Counted from the first letter of the stretch, positions 36,908 through 51,560 are shown. The stretch is 64,000 nucleotides of DNA from Octopus bimaculoides (GCF_001194135.2 NC_068982.1:96348819-96412818), one strand, 5' to 3'. The notes: generated by a model not told the origin, from the sequence alone. Translations and numbers: made by a program.

Positions 36908-39420
36908 TGTGTATGTGAGGATGTGTATATGTATGTGGTGTTCAGACAAATTTAAAATAGTTATCACAGCGAGAAAAACAAAATACCTTATTGAGTATTT
37001 TTCATTAGCAAGCTGCTGAATGTTATCCAGTTGATATTCTCATCACCATCCATCTGTTAGAGAACACTTTAGAAACCAATTTCGGTAAGAGTTAATGCAC
37101 ATTGCTATAGCAACTCTACTACTTTTGAAGTTACTTCGCAGTTTCATATTTACTTGTTATTTAGAATGTTGTATTTGTTATCTATTTATTTATTTATTCT
37201 TGTTTGTTAACAACTTACATTGAACTCACATTCATCATTATTTCAGTTTAGATTTTTAATAGCTCTACCACATGTCTGGCATCTCTGATATCATCTTATG
37301 TTATTAGGTATAATACCATGATATTATGAAGAGAATAGAATCTGTTTCAAATGTGAGATTTTCTTCATTATATCTCATTGATTAGAAGTGCAGCAGTTGA
37401 GTGGTTACAGTGTTGAAAGCACATCTGTAGTTTCATGCTATAACATTTAACTAACCAACCATACCTCATTCAACTAATTGACTACATCTGCATGTTCTTC
37501 ATAGTGTAAGAAGCATGACATACAGTTTTGAAATATGGGCCATGAATTTGGAGGAAATTGAATGATCTGAAATATGAATTTGATCTGGTTGACTTACAGC
37601 GTTAATTCTATCAAAATGACAGAATGCACACAAGTTGAAAGATTAGCTAGGCATTAAGGCTTGTGCATGCCTTGAGGAAAATGGACATTAAATGATGAAA
37701 TAGTTGTGCTGATATAATCATATAATGCAAATTGATTAAAAAATATTTTTTTATAGTTTAGAGGAAGAAGAGCAGTGCCCATGAATTATTTCTAAATCTT
37801 CAACACTGATGGGGGAAATAGATGGAGGAAGAAACCACTCCTGGTTTACTACAATAGGAAATAGTGCATCAAGATATTAAATTACCCTCAGACTGGAGCC
37901 CCAGTTTGAATCCTTTAAACAGTGTGAACACAAAGTGCCAAATGGTGATTTTTAAACAAGATCACTGATTAAATCTATCATCTAAGAACAAATATGCTTT
38001 ACTTGATGGATTTCTTGTACAATTTCTGTATATTCAGTTTCACTTGCAAGGCTCTGGTTGGCCTACAACTTTTACAGTGGTATGAATGGGGTTGCACCCA
38101 GAACCATGTGACAACAAAACCAAACTAAGCAAAACATTTGAACATTTTAAAAGTGGTCATTGACATGTGCAAGCTGATTCTGTTGTGAATTGATGGCAGA
38201 GAGTATTCATGGGAAAATGTGGTGAGGTTAAATTTGGAAAAAATTGAACTGGTATGGTTAGATGGTGCACAATTAAGACAATTACATTTCAATTGTATTG
38301 AAAATAAATCATAGCTAGATAAAAACGGCCATTAAGAAAATAGCACATTGGTCATCATATGTATTACAGATGCAGGTATGGCTGTGTGGTTAAGAAGTTT
38401 GCCTCAGAACATTGTGGTTAGCATGAACACTCTCTGTTGGTGTTATATAGTATAGTCATGGGTAAACCAATACCTTGTGAGTGAAACTGGTAGACAGAAA
38501 CTGAAGAAGCCTGTCATATGTTTGCATATATATATGGCCATGCTCAAATGGTTTTACGTGCCACCCACACAGGAGCCAGTCCAGCAGCACTGGCAATGAC
38601 CTCGCTCGAATGTTTGTTCACGTGCCACTGGCACAAGTGCCATAAAGGCAACATGGTGTAGAAAAACTAAGGAAGACATAGCAATAAGTGAAGTCTGATC
38701 TGAGAGGCTGGTTTGTCTTCATGTAGAAACCATGCTACACTATCAAGAGAAATGCTTATTTACTATACTGCAGATCCAAGCAGCATGCAAAAATAAAGTA
38801 TTAACTTGATGTTGTGATGATGTTGATGACATGTGTATTGCAAACAATACACAAATTAAAGCAAAGATAATTCCATTGCAAATTGGTGGGGATAGGTATG
38901 TGCATGTAGGCTTGAATAGTTGTGTGTGTGTGTGGTTGGTTGGTTGGTTAAGTTTGCTGCCTGATCACATTGTTTGGGGTTTAGTTCCACTGCATAGCAC
39001 ATTGGGTGGGTGTCTTCTACTTTTGTCTTGGGCTGACCAAAGCCTTGTAATTAGATTTGGTAGATGAACATGAAAGAAAAAGAAGAGCGTTGTATGTGTG
39101 TATAAATACATAAGTGTGTGTGTGTGTGTCTTTGTTTTGACATCACATGTTAGTTGTGTTTATCCCTGTCATGCTACCAGTGTCATTCATTTACATTATT
39201 CTGTGAAAACAGGTTTGTCCATGGGGAAATATTACATTGCTTGGAAATAGGCAAGGGTCAGTGACAGGAAGGGCATCTGGCCATAGAAAATTTATCTGAA
39301 TAAACTCTAACAAGCATGAAAAAGTGGATGCTAGAACAACGATGATAATTGTGTGTGTGTTTGTATATATGTGTATATAATATGTATAATATGTATGTAT
39401 ATGTATGTGTGTTTGTATAG

Positions 39421-39800
39421 GCACATAAAAAGCACCATTTGAGCGTGATCATTGCCAGCATCGCCTGACTGGCTCCTGTGCCAGTGGAACATAAAAAACA
39501 CCATTCAAGCATGGTCATTGCCAGTGCCGCTGGACTGGCTCCTGTGCAGATGGCACGTAAAAAGCACCATTTGAGTGTGGTCAATGCCAGTACCACCTGA
39601 CTGGCCCTTGTGCCGGTGGCACATAAAAGCACCCACTACACTCTCATAGTGGTTGGCATTAGGAAGGGCATCCAGCTGTAGAAACTTTGCCAGATAAGAT
39701 TGGAGCCTGGTGCAGCCTTCAGGCTCGCCAGCCCTCTGTCAAACCGTCCAACCCATACCAGTATGGAAAGCAGATGTTAAATGACAATGATGATTATGAT
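39421..39800 (+). mobile_element. RTE-tailed SINE with three internal ~66-bp tandem units
   Basis: GGCAC(A/G)TAAAAAGCACCATTTGAG...GACTGGCTCCTGTGCC units at about 39421, 39487 and 39552, then the family 3' end and a GAT tail. Confidence 0.85.
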
Positions 39801-40478
39801 ATATATGTATGTAGATGTGTGTACACAGACATACATGCACTACTTTGGATAAATGCATGTGTATATATCAATGTATGTATGAGTGGATAGATATGAATGT
39901 ATGTTTAGACACATAATCCAATGGATTTTGTCTCAATCAGCAGAAAATTTGAACTCGTCTTTCATCTATTTTCAGTATGATGGAGGTAGTTTTTCTAATG
40001 ATATTTCCTTTTCAATTTGTTGAGAGTGTTATTGTTTTTACTTTTTTTAAGATATATTTTGTTACTTCTATATATTTTTCTCTCTCCATCTAAAAACATT
40101 AATTTTCTGGGCCAGTAATATGCAGGATATATTTCACTTGTTTGCTCTTTGACTATTTTTAATACTTACAATACATATTGCACTTTTAGAAAAGTTAGCG
40201 TTTCAAATAGTTAATAACTTTCTTGTTTTTGGTTCCTTTCGGACCTACTGATTACTAGTATGGTAGTGATAATATTTACTTTATTCTTCCTATATTTACA
40301 GCAAAACATGGAATTTCTATATTTGTTTTATTTTGGTTGGAANNNNNNNNNNNNNNNNNNNNNNNNNNNNNNNNNNNNNNNNNNNNNNNNNNNNNNNNNN
40401 NNNNNNNNNNNNNNNNNNNNNNNNNNNNNNNNNNNNNNNNNNNNNNNNNNNNNNNNNNNNNNNNNNNNNNNNNNCCTT

Positions 40479-40858
40479 GGAGATGCAATGGCCCAGTGGT
40501 TAGGGCAGCGGACTCGCGGTCATAGGATCGCGGTTTCGATTCCCAGACCGGGCGTTGTGAGTGTTTATTGAGCGAAAACACCTAAAGCTCCGCGAGGCTC
40601 CGGCAGGGGATGGTGGCGAACCCTGCCGTACTCTTCCACCACAACTTTCTCTCACTCTTACTTCCTGTTTCTGTTGTGCCTGTAATTCAAAGGGTCAGCC
40701 TTGTCACACTGTGTCACACTGAATATCCCTGAGAACTATGTTAAGGGTACACGTGTCTGTGGAGTGCTCAGCCACTTGCACGTTAATTTCACGAGCAGGC
40801 TGTTCCGTTGATCAGATCAACTGGAACCCTCGACGTCGTAAGCGACGGAGTGCCAACA
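40479..40858 (+). mobile_element. Young tRNA-derived SINE, full length
   Basis: A box TGGCCCAGTGG, B box GGTTTCGATTCC; highly similar to 2288-2668. Confidence 0.9.
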
Positions 40859-42729
40859 AGTTAACCTTACTACAATCATTGTCTTTTTTTTTTATGCCTC
40901 TGTGAGTGGCACATAATTCTTTTAGCTGACTAAACAACTTTCACTCTTGCTTACTCAGTCATGTTGCTAGTAATAGTTAGCGACCATCATCATCATCATT
41001 TAATGTCCGTTCTTTATGCTGACATGGGTTATCCAGCTGTTAAAACAAATGCCTCATTTAAACTAATCCCTGCTAGCATGGAAATGGATATAAAACATCA
41101 CCCCTGCTACCCTAAAAATGACTTGACAGTTAATAACAGTGAGGTAATAATATTATTGATGTTATAAGTGGGTACCCTGTGTGGTTCAGGGATTATTTAT
41201 TCACCAAATGAGCCCAGTTCAACTCAATTTTCTTCACTGTTGGTTGGAACAGCTTTTACATTTGTTGTTTGAGCTCTAACTGTGGTTAAAAGATAATCAG
41301 AGAAGAGCTAACAGTACCCCTGATCTTTGTATGGCCTTACACCATCTGATGAGATTGATACATTTAATTCACAGCTTCAACATCTTAGGCATCAAAGCAG
41401 TCAGTGTTATGTTCTCCCTTTCTCTAAAGTTTCATGTCTACGTAAAAGATCAATATTTAGTTAATCTTTAGCTTATAATGATTTTATTCAGCATCAGTAT
41501 TGTCGCCATTTAACATTCATTTTTCCAGGTTTGTATGTATTCTCCTGTCATCTCCTTCATGACATTCAGCTGAGTTCAACCTGTTTCTTTCCACATTCCT
41601 TTTAAAGTCTTCCTCTTTTACAAGTTCCACTCCATTAGATTGTTTTTTTATAGTTTTTATCATGTTTCTACATATGAATAAATTTTAAAAATTGCTACAA
41701 GTTAATAATATCAAGTACAGGAAGTAGTGATAAAGGTATTTCCCAGAAGAATTGAGACAAAGAAGAGATAACATATCTTAACTGACTTATACTTAAAATA
41801 TTCTGGACAGCAAATTGTATTCAATATATTCAATATATTAAACTACATTTCACAACCAGACATTGCCTAATGGAATGTACAGCATGGTCTCAGACTTGGG
41901 TGAGGTATACCATTGTGCAAGTTATTTGAGTATACGCAATAACAATAACAGCAACAAAATATAAAACTCCATCCTCTATATTTTTCTATCCAATATTTTG
42001 CTATTGTATTTAACAGTTCTGTCAATCACAATTTTATTTCAAAATCAATGTATCAATGAAAGAAAATTGATTTTTCTCACTGTTATCTTTCTGCTGAATG
42101 AATTTGATGTGTGTGTTGTCTCCACTTAGCAGTTGAGACGCTCATGCTGACCTGTGGCTTTGAAACACAAAAGAATTGTTCACAGGTCCAACACAAGATA
42201 TGCAGGTAAAAATAAGGTGTTCAGTATAAAATTTATATATCCGATTATCTTGCGATAATCCTCTCATTATTGCGGACATGTTATTCTAATATTTAGCTAT
42301 CAAAAGCCTACAATCTAAACTTTTACATTTGGCTATTGCATGAAGCAAGTTGATTCTTTCACTAGCTAAACTCCAAATAGTAGTTAAGCCGTGTAGAAAG
42401 AAAGGATGGAGTGATGTGCAGTTTACATAGAAGCATCAGTTGTTGGTTATATTTGAATGTTTGAGGATTATGTCATATGTTTCAATTCCATTATCATTTA
42501 TCACCTGTCAATTCACTCATTCATAAACTTTATTCTTGTGTGAAAAGATCCAGTGTTGATTCCACAAACCACCAAACTAATTGTCCTATTCCCTCTTTCT
42601 CTGTTTTTTTCTTTTTCTTTTTTTTTTTTCTTGAAACTCTGCTATCAGATATGAAATATACATTAGATGTATTATGTTAAATAGATGTGAGAAATAATCC
42701 ATGAATATAGAAGCTCTACAAATGAATGG

Positions 42730-42980
42730 AAGAAGAGCATGTCCCTTTGAATATATGCTATTAACTTAAGAAAAAATGCTGAGCTTCAGTTACTTGAGAA
42801 AGTGGTTAGACATTGAAGATGTTGGTAGATGTGTGCAAAAGATGATTACGTTCATTTAGTTAAAGTCATCTGAATGAATGGTACATGTATTGGCTGAAAA
42901 GGTGTTGAGAGTTAATGGAAGAATGAACTTATGTTAGATATGGACTGAAGAAAACATGAAAATGTGACTAGAATAGAACT
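42730..42980 (+). mobile_element. Possible ancient RTE 3' remnant
   Basis: Decayed resemblance to the LREKL...WYGHV...KKC tail of the RTE copy at 54720-55045. Confidence 0.3.
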
Positions 42981-44708
42981 GAGAATATTGTGATTGTGTT
43001 TCCGACCCATCATTCACTGTGGTCCTGTACTTCCTGTCTTCATTCACTTCTGTATTGCTTCTTTCCACATATGAATTTAACTATTAACTCAAGTCTGCAT
43101 GTTCTTAAGATTGAATAAAATCTTTGGTTTTTGCATCTCCAGTGTCTAGATACAACAGAGAATATTGAGTCTCAAGGAAGCTATGATGCAATCAAGATAC
43201 ATGTAGAGATATTGCAAAGTCATCTTAGTTTTGCCAGCAGGATAAAACATACATACAACCAATGATGACACACTATTAATGATACAACAATCTAGCTTCT
43301 TATAAACTAGTTTTTTTATTTGGCAAACTTTCCATTTTGTTTTCATTCTGGTTTTCTTTCATTTCTTTTTTCTCTTTCCTTTATTTTTTTCTTTCTTTAC
43401 GTTTTTGTTGCTTATGTACTGTCTGTCTGAATTTCTTTCCTTTCTTCCTTTTTTGCCTCTTGCAGACATGAATCTTTTGATTGCCACTCAAATTTCAGAA
43501 CTGACTGTTTTTATTATTAGGTTTTTTTTTTCAGCTTTAGTTCTCAAACCATTGCATTTGTTTCATAAATTTCTTTTCTTTTTTCTGTTTGTCTTATTCT
43601 CTATCATATTTTACCTTGGTTAAATGATGTCCATGTTAATATTCATAAATTATTTCTGTACATTTCACCAATGAATTGTCATCGTATAGTCATAGGATTA
43701 GACAGAAGATGGTAGCTGCTATATTAAGTTAGTATGTATTAGTCAGTTTATCATATTTTTTTAATCCTTTTACTGATCGGAATCATTGGACTGTGGTTTT
43801 GCTAAGGCACTACATGGAAGGGTTTTAGTTGATCATATTGATTCCAGTACTTATTGTTTTATTTATCTCTAATAATTCTCTAAGTTATATATGAATGACA
43901 ACCTTCTGCATAGTTTCCATCTACCAAATTATTTTCACAAAGCTTTGGCCAACTAGAGCCTACTGATGAAGACACTAACCCATTGTGTTATGTATAGGAT
44001 CAAACTTGAAACCACATAGTTTCAAAGCAAACTTCTTAGCTGCATGGCTATAATTGCACCTTTTTAATAGTTATACTAAGTGGGAAAATGTGTGTGGTTA
44101 AGTTGACAGACTTTTGGACATTCACTTTGTGTCACTGCATTGTGGCTATGTTTTTTAATCCCCAATTGTTAAGTCTTCTTTTTTGTAAATAGGTTCTATG
44201 TGGAAGTGCAGCACAAGTGTTGTAGGCAGGAAGGAAAATTTTTTTAATTGATGAGTATTTGATTATTTAATAATGTTGAATTTGATACACTAGTGTTCCT
44301 ATCCAAAGAAAGGGATATCGCTTCACATTTAAACATTGAGAAGCTGGAATAATTAATCTGCAGCACACTTCCTGGCATGCAGAGGTAGTTAGCATAGACA
44401 GGAAATATGTCATAAAATATCTTGCACAAGTTCAGTTCGACAGTTACTCTCAATAATATTACAGATCTACTCCACCCCATCAACACACTAATTATTCCTA
44501 ATTCTTGCTAAGTGTTGATTGAATCACAAGAAATGAATTTATGAAAGCTAAGTCAGAAGAACTTATGATCCTCCTTGCCAGAGATTATAAATTCAAATTC
44601 TACTGTTATTAGATAAACTTAGAGTGATGACATTTGGTTCAGTACTAATCAAGTATCTTAACAACTCAATTATTGTTACTAATTAAGAATTAGCTGCTAA
44701 GATTTAAA

Positions 44709-44743
44709 TATAAATGATTAGACACAATGTCTAATCATTTATA
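44709..44743. repeat. Perfect 16-bp inverted repeat with a 3-nt loop
   Basis: TATAAATGATTAGACA-caa-TGTCTAATCATTTATA. Confidence 0.95.
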
Positions 44744-46169
44744 AACAGTTATTCAAAGCCTAAAAGAAGATAACAGATTCAATATGTCCTATCAGAAGAC
44801 AAAGTACTCTTTTTTGCCTCAAATTGCTGCTTATAATGTCTATTATTATTTTTTTTTTTAATTATAATTGAGTTTAGGAATAGGGTTAAAATAAACTCTA
44901 ACCATTAACTTACTCCACATCATAAATGAATGCTCTTAGATTATTGTTTCTGAAATAGTGAAATAATTTTGTGTCTTCTCCATATTTCTATGACATTGTC
45001 ATCCTTCATCCTTGTTCATAGTATGGCATTCCAGAGTTGTTACGAAAAACAAGACAAATTCCAGTGAAAAGGTCTTGCTTTATTTTTCTGCAGCATCAGT
45101 TAAATGTATTTGTAATGAAAACAGGAAATGTACTGGATCTATTTCTCTTTTCGACCGAAATAGCAATAGAATTAGCTTTAACCTAGTGTGTGTGTGTGTG
45201 TGTGTGTGGTAGGGTATTTCTGTCTTTAAAAATTGCATTTTATTCATCCTCATCCCCCAGTTAAATTTTGGAGATATTTCTGCTTTGTTTTTAGACAAAG
45301 GCAGCAGACATGTCAAGTAAATTAAACTGCCTCAATCTAAGTTAATATCATTCCATACCCCATAATGGCACTCCACTAGAAATGTCAGCTCATGTGTTCA
45401 ACTTTCTGCTTCCAAGTAATTTCAGTAACATTATTTGACATAATAGCGCTGGCCATATTAATTGCTAACAAGTCTCTTGTTGTTATTTCTTCATATTTAA
45501 AATGGTATAAACTTTCAGGCTGAATCACTCTATGATTGTGATACAGCACTTGATAATGTACCTCAAATATCTAGTTCAAATATTTACTGTCACTCTGCAC
45601 TTTATTGCCAATGATTAGTCAGGCACCATCACAAGTCTCTGCATCTATATGACTGTTACTCTTCCTCCCACATTTTTATATGCCAGCAATTTTGTAATAT
45701 ATTCTCCATGTTGAATAGAAATAGTAACTTGTGTCTATTTATGCTTTGTTTACAATCATATTCAAGTTCCAAATATTTTTTAAAATAGATGCATATTACT
45801 GGCTAAAAGTGCTAAAAAGTGTTTGGAGTTCTATCAAAATCTTGGAAAATATATATATGTAAAAGTTGGCTGTCTGAGAAAACTACTGATTGTATTGGTT
45901 GAAAACATAAAAAGAGGCTTGTAGAATTTAGAGCCATTTTATTTTGCTCTAATTTCCTCAGGCTGTGCATTCAAAATGCTCCAGCTTAGCCAGAATTGAA
46001 TAATTTCATTCTTTCTCATCCTATCATAGCTAGTATGTATATAAATATTGATTTTTTTTTAAACAGTGGCATGAGGCCACAAATTTGAGAGGACAAGGTA
46101 GAGAGAATTGAATTGACTATACTTATTTTATTGATATTAGGCAGATGTAAAGTTAGCATTCAGATTATT

Positions 46170-46335
46170 CTGTCAAATGTAATGCTTATTTATTCACATT
46201 ATTTTGAATTAATCATGCATTGTCTTGTAGCTTCAAGATTTCAATGATGTGATTGTTTATTTTTTGAATGACATTGTTGAGTAGGTGTGAGAGATTGGAT
46301 CTGGTCAGTTTGAACATAAAACAGGTAGAAAGGCA
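46170..46335 (-). mobile_element. Fragment of piggyBac-type MITE family B
   Basis: Reverse complement of the 1971-2188 body (TTAATCATGCATT...TTTGAACATAAAACAGGTAGAA). Confidence 0.7.
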
Positions 46336-49026
46336 TTGTCTCCAGGCAAATTTGTCAGAACAAAGCTTGTCAATCAAATATGTATTTTTAAAAAAGTACA
46401 AATTCTGAAAAATAAAGCTAAGGGAACTGGTTCATGTTATTGAGAAAATGGAACTAAAACCTGTAATTATCATTGGGAAATGGTTCAATAAATATGCATA
46501 CAAAGTTATGTCCCTATGGATTTACTCTTGCTGTGAAATTAAGCCTTCTTTGGTTAGAAAAAAGGTTTTCTTAACAGCATGGAATTCAAATTGAGCCACC
46601 TTGTTTTGCTGCCCTTATGGCTGATTAAGTTTTGCTTATCTGAATTTTCCTGTTATTGTAACATGTGCTATATGATAGCAACACCAAGAAAGGTAGAAGA
46701 AATAGAGATTGCATGAGATATATTTACACAGGCATTAATTTGGAAAATGGAAAGATTTGCATTCTTATTTTTCCCAAGTTGTTAAACATTTGTAGCGGCA
46801 GGCTACTTATTAGAATGTGACCAATAGTTATTATGAATGGCAATGTAGGTTATGAATTAAAAATAAGTGTCCAGACAGTCATACCTATATGAATTACAAT
46901 TTTATTATGAATAAATTTTTGATTCTGACTAAGTATGTAATCTTTGTGTTTTATTAGCATTTCATTTATAATCAAGTTCAAGGATTCTAATGTTTATAAC
47001 AGTTTTGATTAAAAACTTGGACAACTCACAATCATTGCTTGTTTTCCATTTTGGATTCTTTTGTTTATTTTACTGGTTTCAGTCATTTTTAGCATTATAG
47101 ACCATGCTCCAGCATGGCCACAATTAGTACTTAATATCATGTGTTCTGTCAATTTATTTGCTAAGCTTCTATACTATCCAAATAATTTCATGATAAATCA
47201 TAAATAATTTGTACTATGTTAAAGAAAATTAAATCTCTTTAAATCTTGTTTGAAATTTTTAAAAAATAAATAAAACAGGAATTTCTGAATTTTTCAGATT
47301 TTTAAAAATAATTTTTACCTTTCAGATAGATATTAAAATGTGTCTGGGTTTGTTATTACACAGAATTACAGTGGGATCCAAACAAGCATTGGCTTAATCT
47401 CTTGTCTATCTCACTCTTCAAATAGTTTTGCCCCAACCTCTAAGGAAGGTGGTTATTGTTGAATTGTACAAATATTAGCATAAAGATGTCAGCTATAACT
47501 GTGGCCTGTAAATATATTGAAGTATAAATGTTGTGTCATCTTTATTGGGTCATTAGTTAGTCACATAGAACGGAACATGCAGACAAGAGATACTCTACAT
47601 GGTTGCTTGACCTGCTTGAAATAATCAAGCCCTCCTCAAATTACACCCTGTTGCCTTAAGAGGACATATCAGAAATTTCATTGAGGTATACTGTTCATAA
47701 AGAAAGATGATGGTCATGGCTTGACTATCTTTAATCTATACGTTTGAGTAGGACTGATTTAAGAGTGCAGACTTTCCAGTCAGTCTGCCAGAGCTCATTC
47801 TTGAAGTTTTAGACATGTCTTCAAATTTCTATAAAGTAAAATAATCAGGAATTGAACTTGTGTAACAGACTTAGATCCCTATGAGTTTAGTATAACTTTT
47901 AGGTGCGCACTTACACACACGTGCACACATGCATGTGTGTCTATACATATTTTACTTGTTTCAGTCATTTGACTGTGGCCATGCTGGAGCACTGAATGTT
48001 ACATCTTAGCACCTCGGACCAATGCGTTACCTACACATTTTGTGGCCATAGTTGGTATCAGATATGGATTTAATGAATGTCTGTTTTGTCTTTTGCTTTT
48101 TTTTTTTTTTTAAGAAACAAAGAATAAAATTAAGGACAAATTTGAAGATTAGCACTGACTGATATTACGATAAACCAAGGAGGTCCACATTGGATGATAT
48201 GATTTTAGATGTCTAGTGGAAAACACTTCATCTTTGATTATAGGTCTGGTTAATCAGAACTAACATGAGGCTAGTGTTAGAAGTCTTTCATCGTCAAGGG
48301 AATCCTAGAACATTACATTTAAAGTGAAGGTTTGTGGCATTGTATTAGAGCTTTAATATATTTTTTTATATAAATCTTAATGATGAAGCAAAGATGTGTC
48401 AATTGTTCTGCTGGATGGATCAACAGTGAGAAATTGTAGTCTCTCTTTGTTTTGTTGGAAAGTTTATTTGGTATTGCTGGTAGAACTATAAATATGAGTT
48501 ACTGTCTGCTAAATTTGCTGACTTCAGCTCTGATACATATCACTATGTACTTAATCTATACCGTTCTTTTAGCATTTGATTCTATAGAACTCCTGGCCGC
48601 CTCTCTTATTCAGACCATATCCATTCATAATCTTCAAAGACTTCTTATTTTCAGTACCCCTTCATTCTCCATGCCTGTATGATTGATTCAGATATTTTCT
48701 CTTTCTAATTTAATATTTACTTATTCACAGATCCAGCCTTTCTACATGTAGAGTTGTTGATATTGACATGTCAGCTGATATTTTTCCTTCTGATGTAGAT
48801 CTGATCTGTGGAAAATTTCAATCCTGTTAGTCATTATTGTTGTTAGGAGCACCCTATAAATCAACATCAGAATATGCCATACTTCCATCTTCCCATCTTC
48901 ACTGAAACCATGATGGCAGGCAGTGTTTGGGCCATGTGTGTTGCTGTAGGATTGTCAGGGCATGTTGCATTTGTTTTTCATGTTTGGTTTGTTCTTACAT
49001 AGCTGTTCCATTTATATTTATGTATA

Positions 49027-49225
49027 TGAGGGGGTGCTGAAAAGTTCCTGGCTTTGAAGGTATCATGAAAGGCCTGGTTAGAGGCCCACCTTTGTGAGTC
49101 CTTTTACTGAAGGATCACTGCAATAAGTGTGTGAATCCAGGAGGGAAATATGTTGAATAAAATCATAATTAACTGATCCTCCAGTACTTTCTTTTATCCA
49201 AAGCCAGGAACTTTTCAGCCCCTGC
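49027..49225. mobile_element. Tc1/mariner-type MITE
   Basis: TA followed by TGAGGGGGTGCTGAAAAGTTCCTGGCTTT; perfect 20-bp inverted match, 49036-49055 versus 49200-49219; outer right end degenerate. Confidence 0.75.
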
Positions 49226-49265
49226 CCCCATCCCCAAATTTCAGAGCTTGTGTCATTAGTAGGAA

Positions 49266-49266
49266 A

Positions 49267-49313
<47 letters not shown>
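49266..49313. repeat. (ATT)n microsatellite
   Basis: Perfect run; also at 49460-49512, 51613-51652 and 52199-52222. Confidence 0.95.
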
Positions 49314-49316
<3 letters not shown>

Positions 49317-49459
49317 CCTGAGTTCAGATCCCACCAAGATCAACTTTGCCTTTCATCCTTTTGTGGTCAACAAAATAAAGTACCTGTCAAATACTGCTGT
49401 CAGTGATACTAACTAATGCCTTCCCTTAAAATTGCTGACCTTGTACTTAAATCAGAAAC

Positions 49460-49495
<36 letters not shown>

Positions 49496-49689
49496 CATTA
49501 CTATTATTATTACTAGAAATCATCACCAACATCTACATTAGTATTTTTATAATTTTTCCCTTTTTTGATCCAAGAATCTTTAAACTACATCTTACTGTCT
49601 TTAGGAGCAAATTGTAGCTCATAATTCTGTGTCTTAAAACTTTTTATATTTTATTTAGCATTTAATCAAAATCTTATTGTCTTGCTTCT

Positions 49690-51560
49690 GTTAATAACGT
49701 AGATTTTTAGAGATATTTCATTCTAATTTAGTTATCTAAAAATCTTAACACCATTATCTTTACTGACTACATACTTGCCACCACCTGCTTCATATCCCAA
49801 TTATCTCCCATCTAGTCGTCGTCTTCCTTGATCTCAATTTTAGTGTCCCCATGTGTTGCAATGCTAAATATTCCTCATTAATTTCACGATTACAATAATG
49901 AATCTCTTAGAGACATTGGATGGTAACATCTTAATAGATTTTGATATCCTTAAACTGTGTGGTTGACGTTGGTACCATTTTTCTGTTCATTCTCATTAAC
50001 ACTTTCCACACAAGGGAGACCCTGCTACTGTAGTTTTCAATCTAATTTTTTGTGCTTTCTCAGTTGTGTTGCACTTTAACCTTCTTTTTGTTTTTCCCTT
50101 TTGCACATTTTAAACTGAAGAGACTTGGTAGGTTTGTGTATTCAAGTTAGTTGTAGTTTTGTTTTATGTTTTTTTTCTCAGGGCCTGTTCATATAATATA
50201 CTGCCAATGTCAGTTCTTCAGCTGAGTGCCTCAGGTCTGATTTCTTATCCTTGACCTTGATTAATTGAGATCCATTCATTTCTCTAGCTCCTTAAAAAAA
50301 AATGTCCTATATTTTCTTTTCTTGTCTAGTATTAATTCTCTTGCTACAATAATTCTTTCATCTTCCCCTAATCTCTTCCAACAATAATTTTATACTCTTT
50401 CTTACATGCTTATGCTGTGCTATTTTTTATCACTTTATACATATTCTTAGCAGTTAATTATTCTTCTCTCTACTATTATTCTAACAATATAGATCTTGAT
50501 AATATACCAAAGGGTGTAATATTCCATATATGGGTATCCTTTTAAAGGGATTAGTGGTGAGTTCTTATCTAAACTAATCTCTTCCTTATTCCATTTTAGG
50601 ACTTCTCTGTTATATCATGAAAGAGATATAATCCATGTGTTGGTGGTTAGAATATTATTTTTATCATTTGGTTTAGCTTTAATTGTTAATTTTAACCTTC
50701 TCAAAGTATTTCCTTCTAAAACATGCATGAAAGTTACCTTTATCTACTCTAACTCTTATACTGTTAGCCTTTGTATCTCCATATTTTATGATTTCCTCAT
50801 CTTGTAATTGTATCCCATTATGTTCTAGTTGCTTTTCCTTTCATTATTAAACTCCACATTTTAACAAACAAACAAAAAATTCCATTTCAATATTTTCCCT
50901 ACACCCATATTTGTACAAAAGTATCTATATGGTCTTCTTTGCAAAAAGTTTCAGTTTCATGTCATTCATAAGAATGATTGCCTTTAGTTATATACATGTT
51001 CCTTACCGTACTTAGTAGCAATGTTAAAAGTATTACACGTATATAAAATTTCAGAGGTAAAAGGAACAAGTTGAAAGATTCCTCCATTCATCTTAATACT
51101 TCCGCCCCTTCACCAGAATAGCTTAATTTTGTTTTCCATTTATTCACACTCTTTCAATTAACTTTTTTCTTTTTATATCCTATGTTATCCCTGCCATCTC
51201 TCTAAGTATTCTATTATCTTTGGCATCCTTTCTGCTCTAGTGATATTATATATCTTGGCTGTCTGCATATTTATGTGTAGCATTAGCTATTATACCTGTC
51301 AGTAACTTCCACATTGTTGGGAGACATAGCAGTTTAAAATAGTCAGCTGTATTGCATTTGTTTAGGTCCTTCAAACACAGAGTAATTTTACCTTGTGCCA
51401 TCATTCTTGCTGAGGTTGTCTATATATCTGTTAATTGTTAAGTTACTTTCATATAACAGAAAGTTGGAATTTTTAACCAATCCATTTACACCCCATCCCC
51501 CCAATACTAAACACTTTTCAGTTGGGTGTCTTACTGCAATATATCTATATGTATTCTTCT
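49690..51560 (-). mobile_element. Decayed Dong/R4-clade LINE (RT, thumb, RLE)
   Basis: - strand motifs GGIFQ (compare GIFQGDSLSP), KCGV..IMKGK, NTWIISL..EVLKWNKEE, KWYQRQP and GDTKIEIKE, in the correct R4/Dong order; boundaries approximate. Confidence 0.7.

Noticed and set aside
39421-39620. Regular repeats resembling a CRISPR array
   Set aside because: Eukaryotic context, no unique spacers, no cas genes; the units are internal to a SINE.
50600-50645. Attractive exon candidate TSLLYHERDIIHVLV
   Set aside because: It is the antisense of a Dong/R4 RT thumb motif (NTWIISL..EVLKWNKEE on the - strand).
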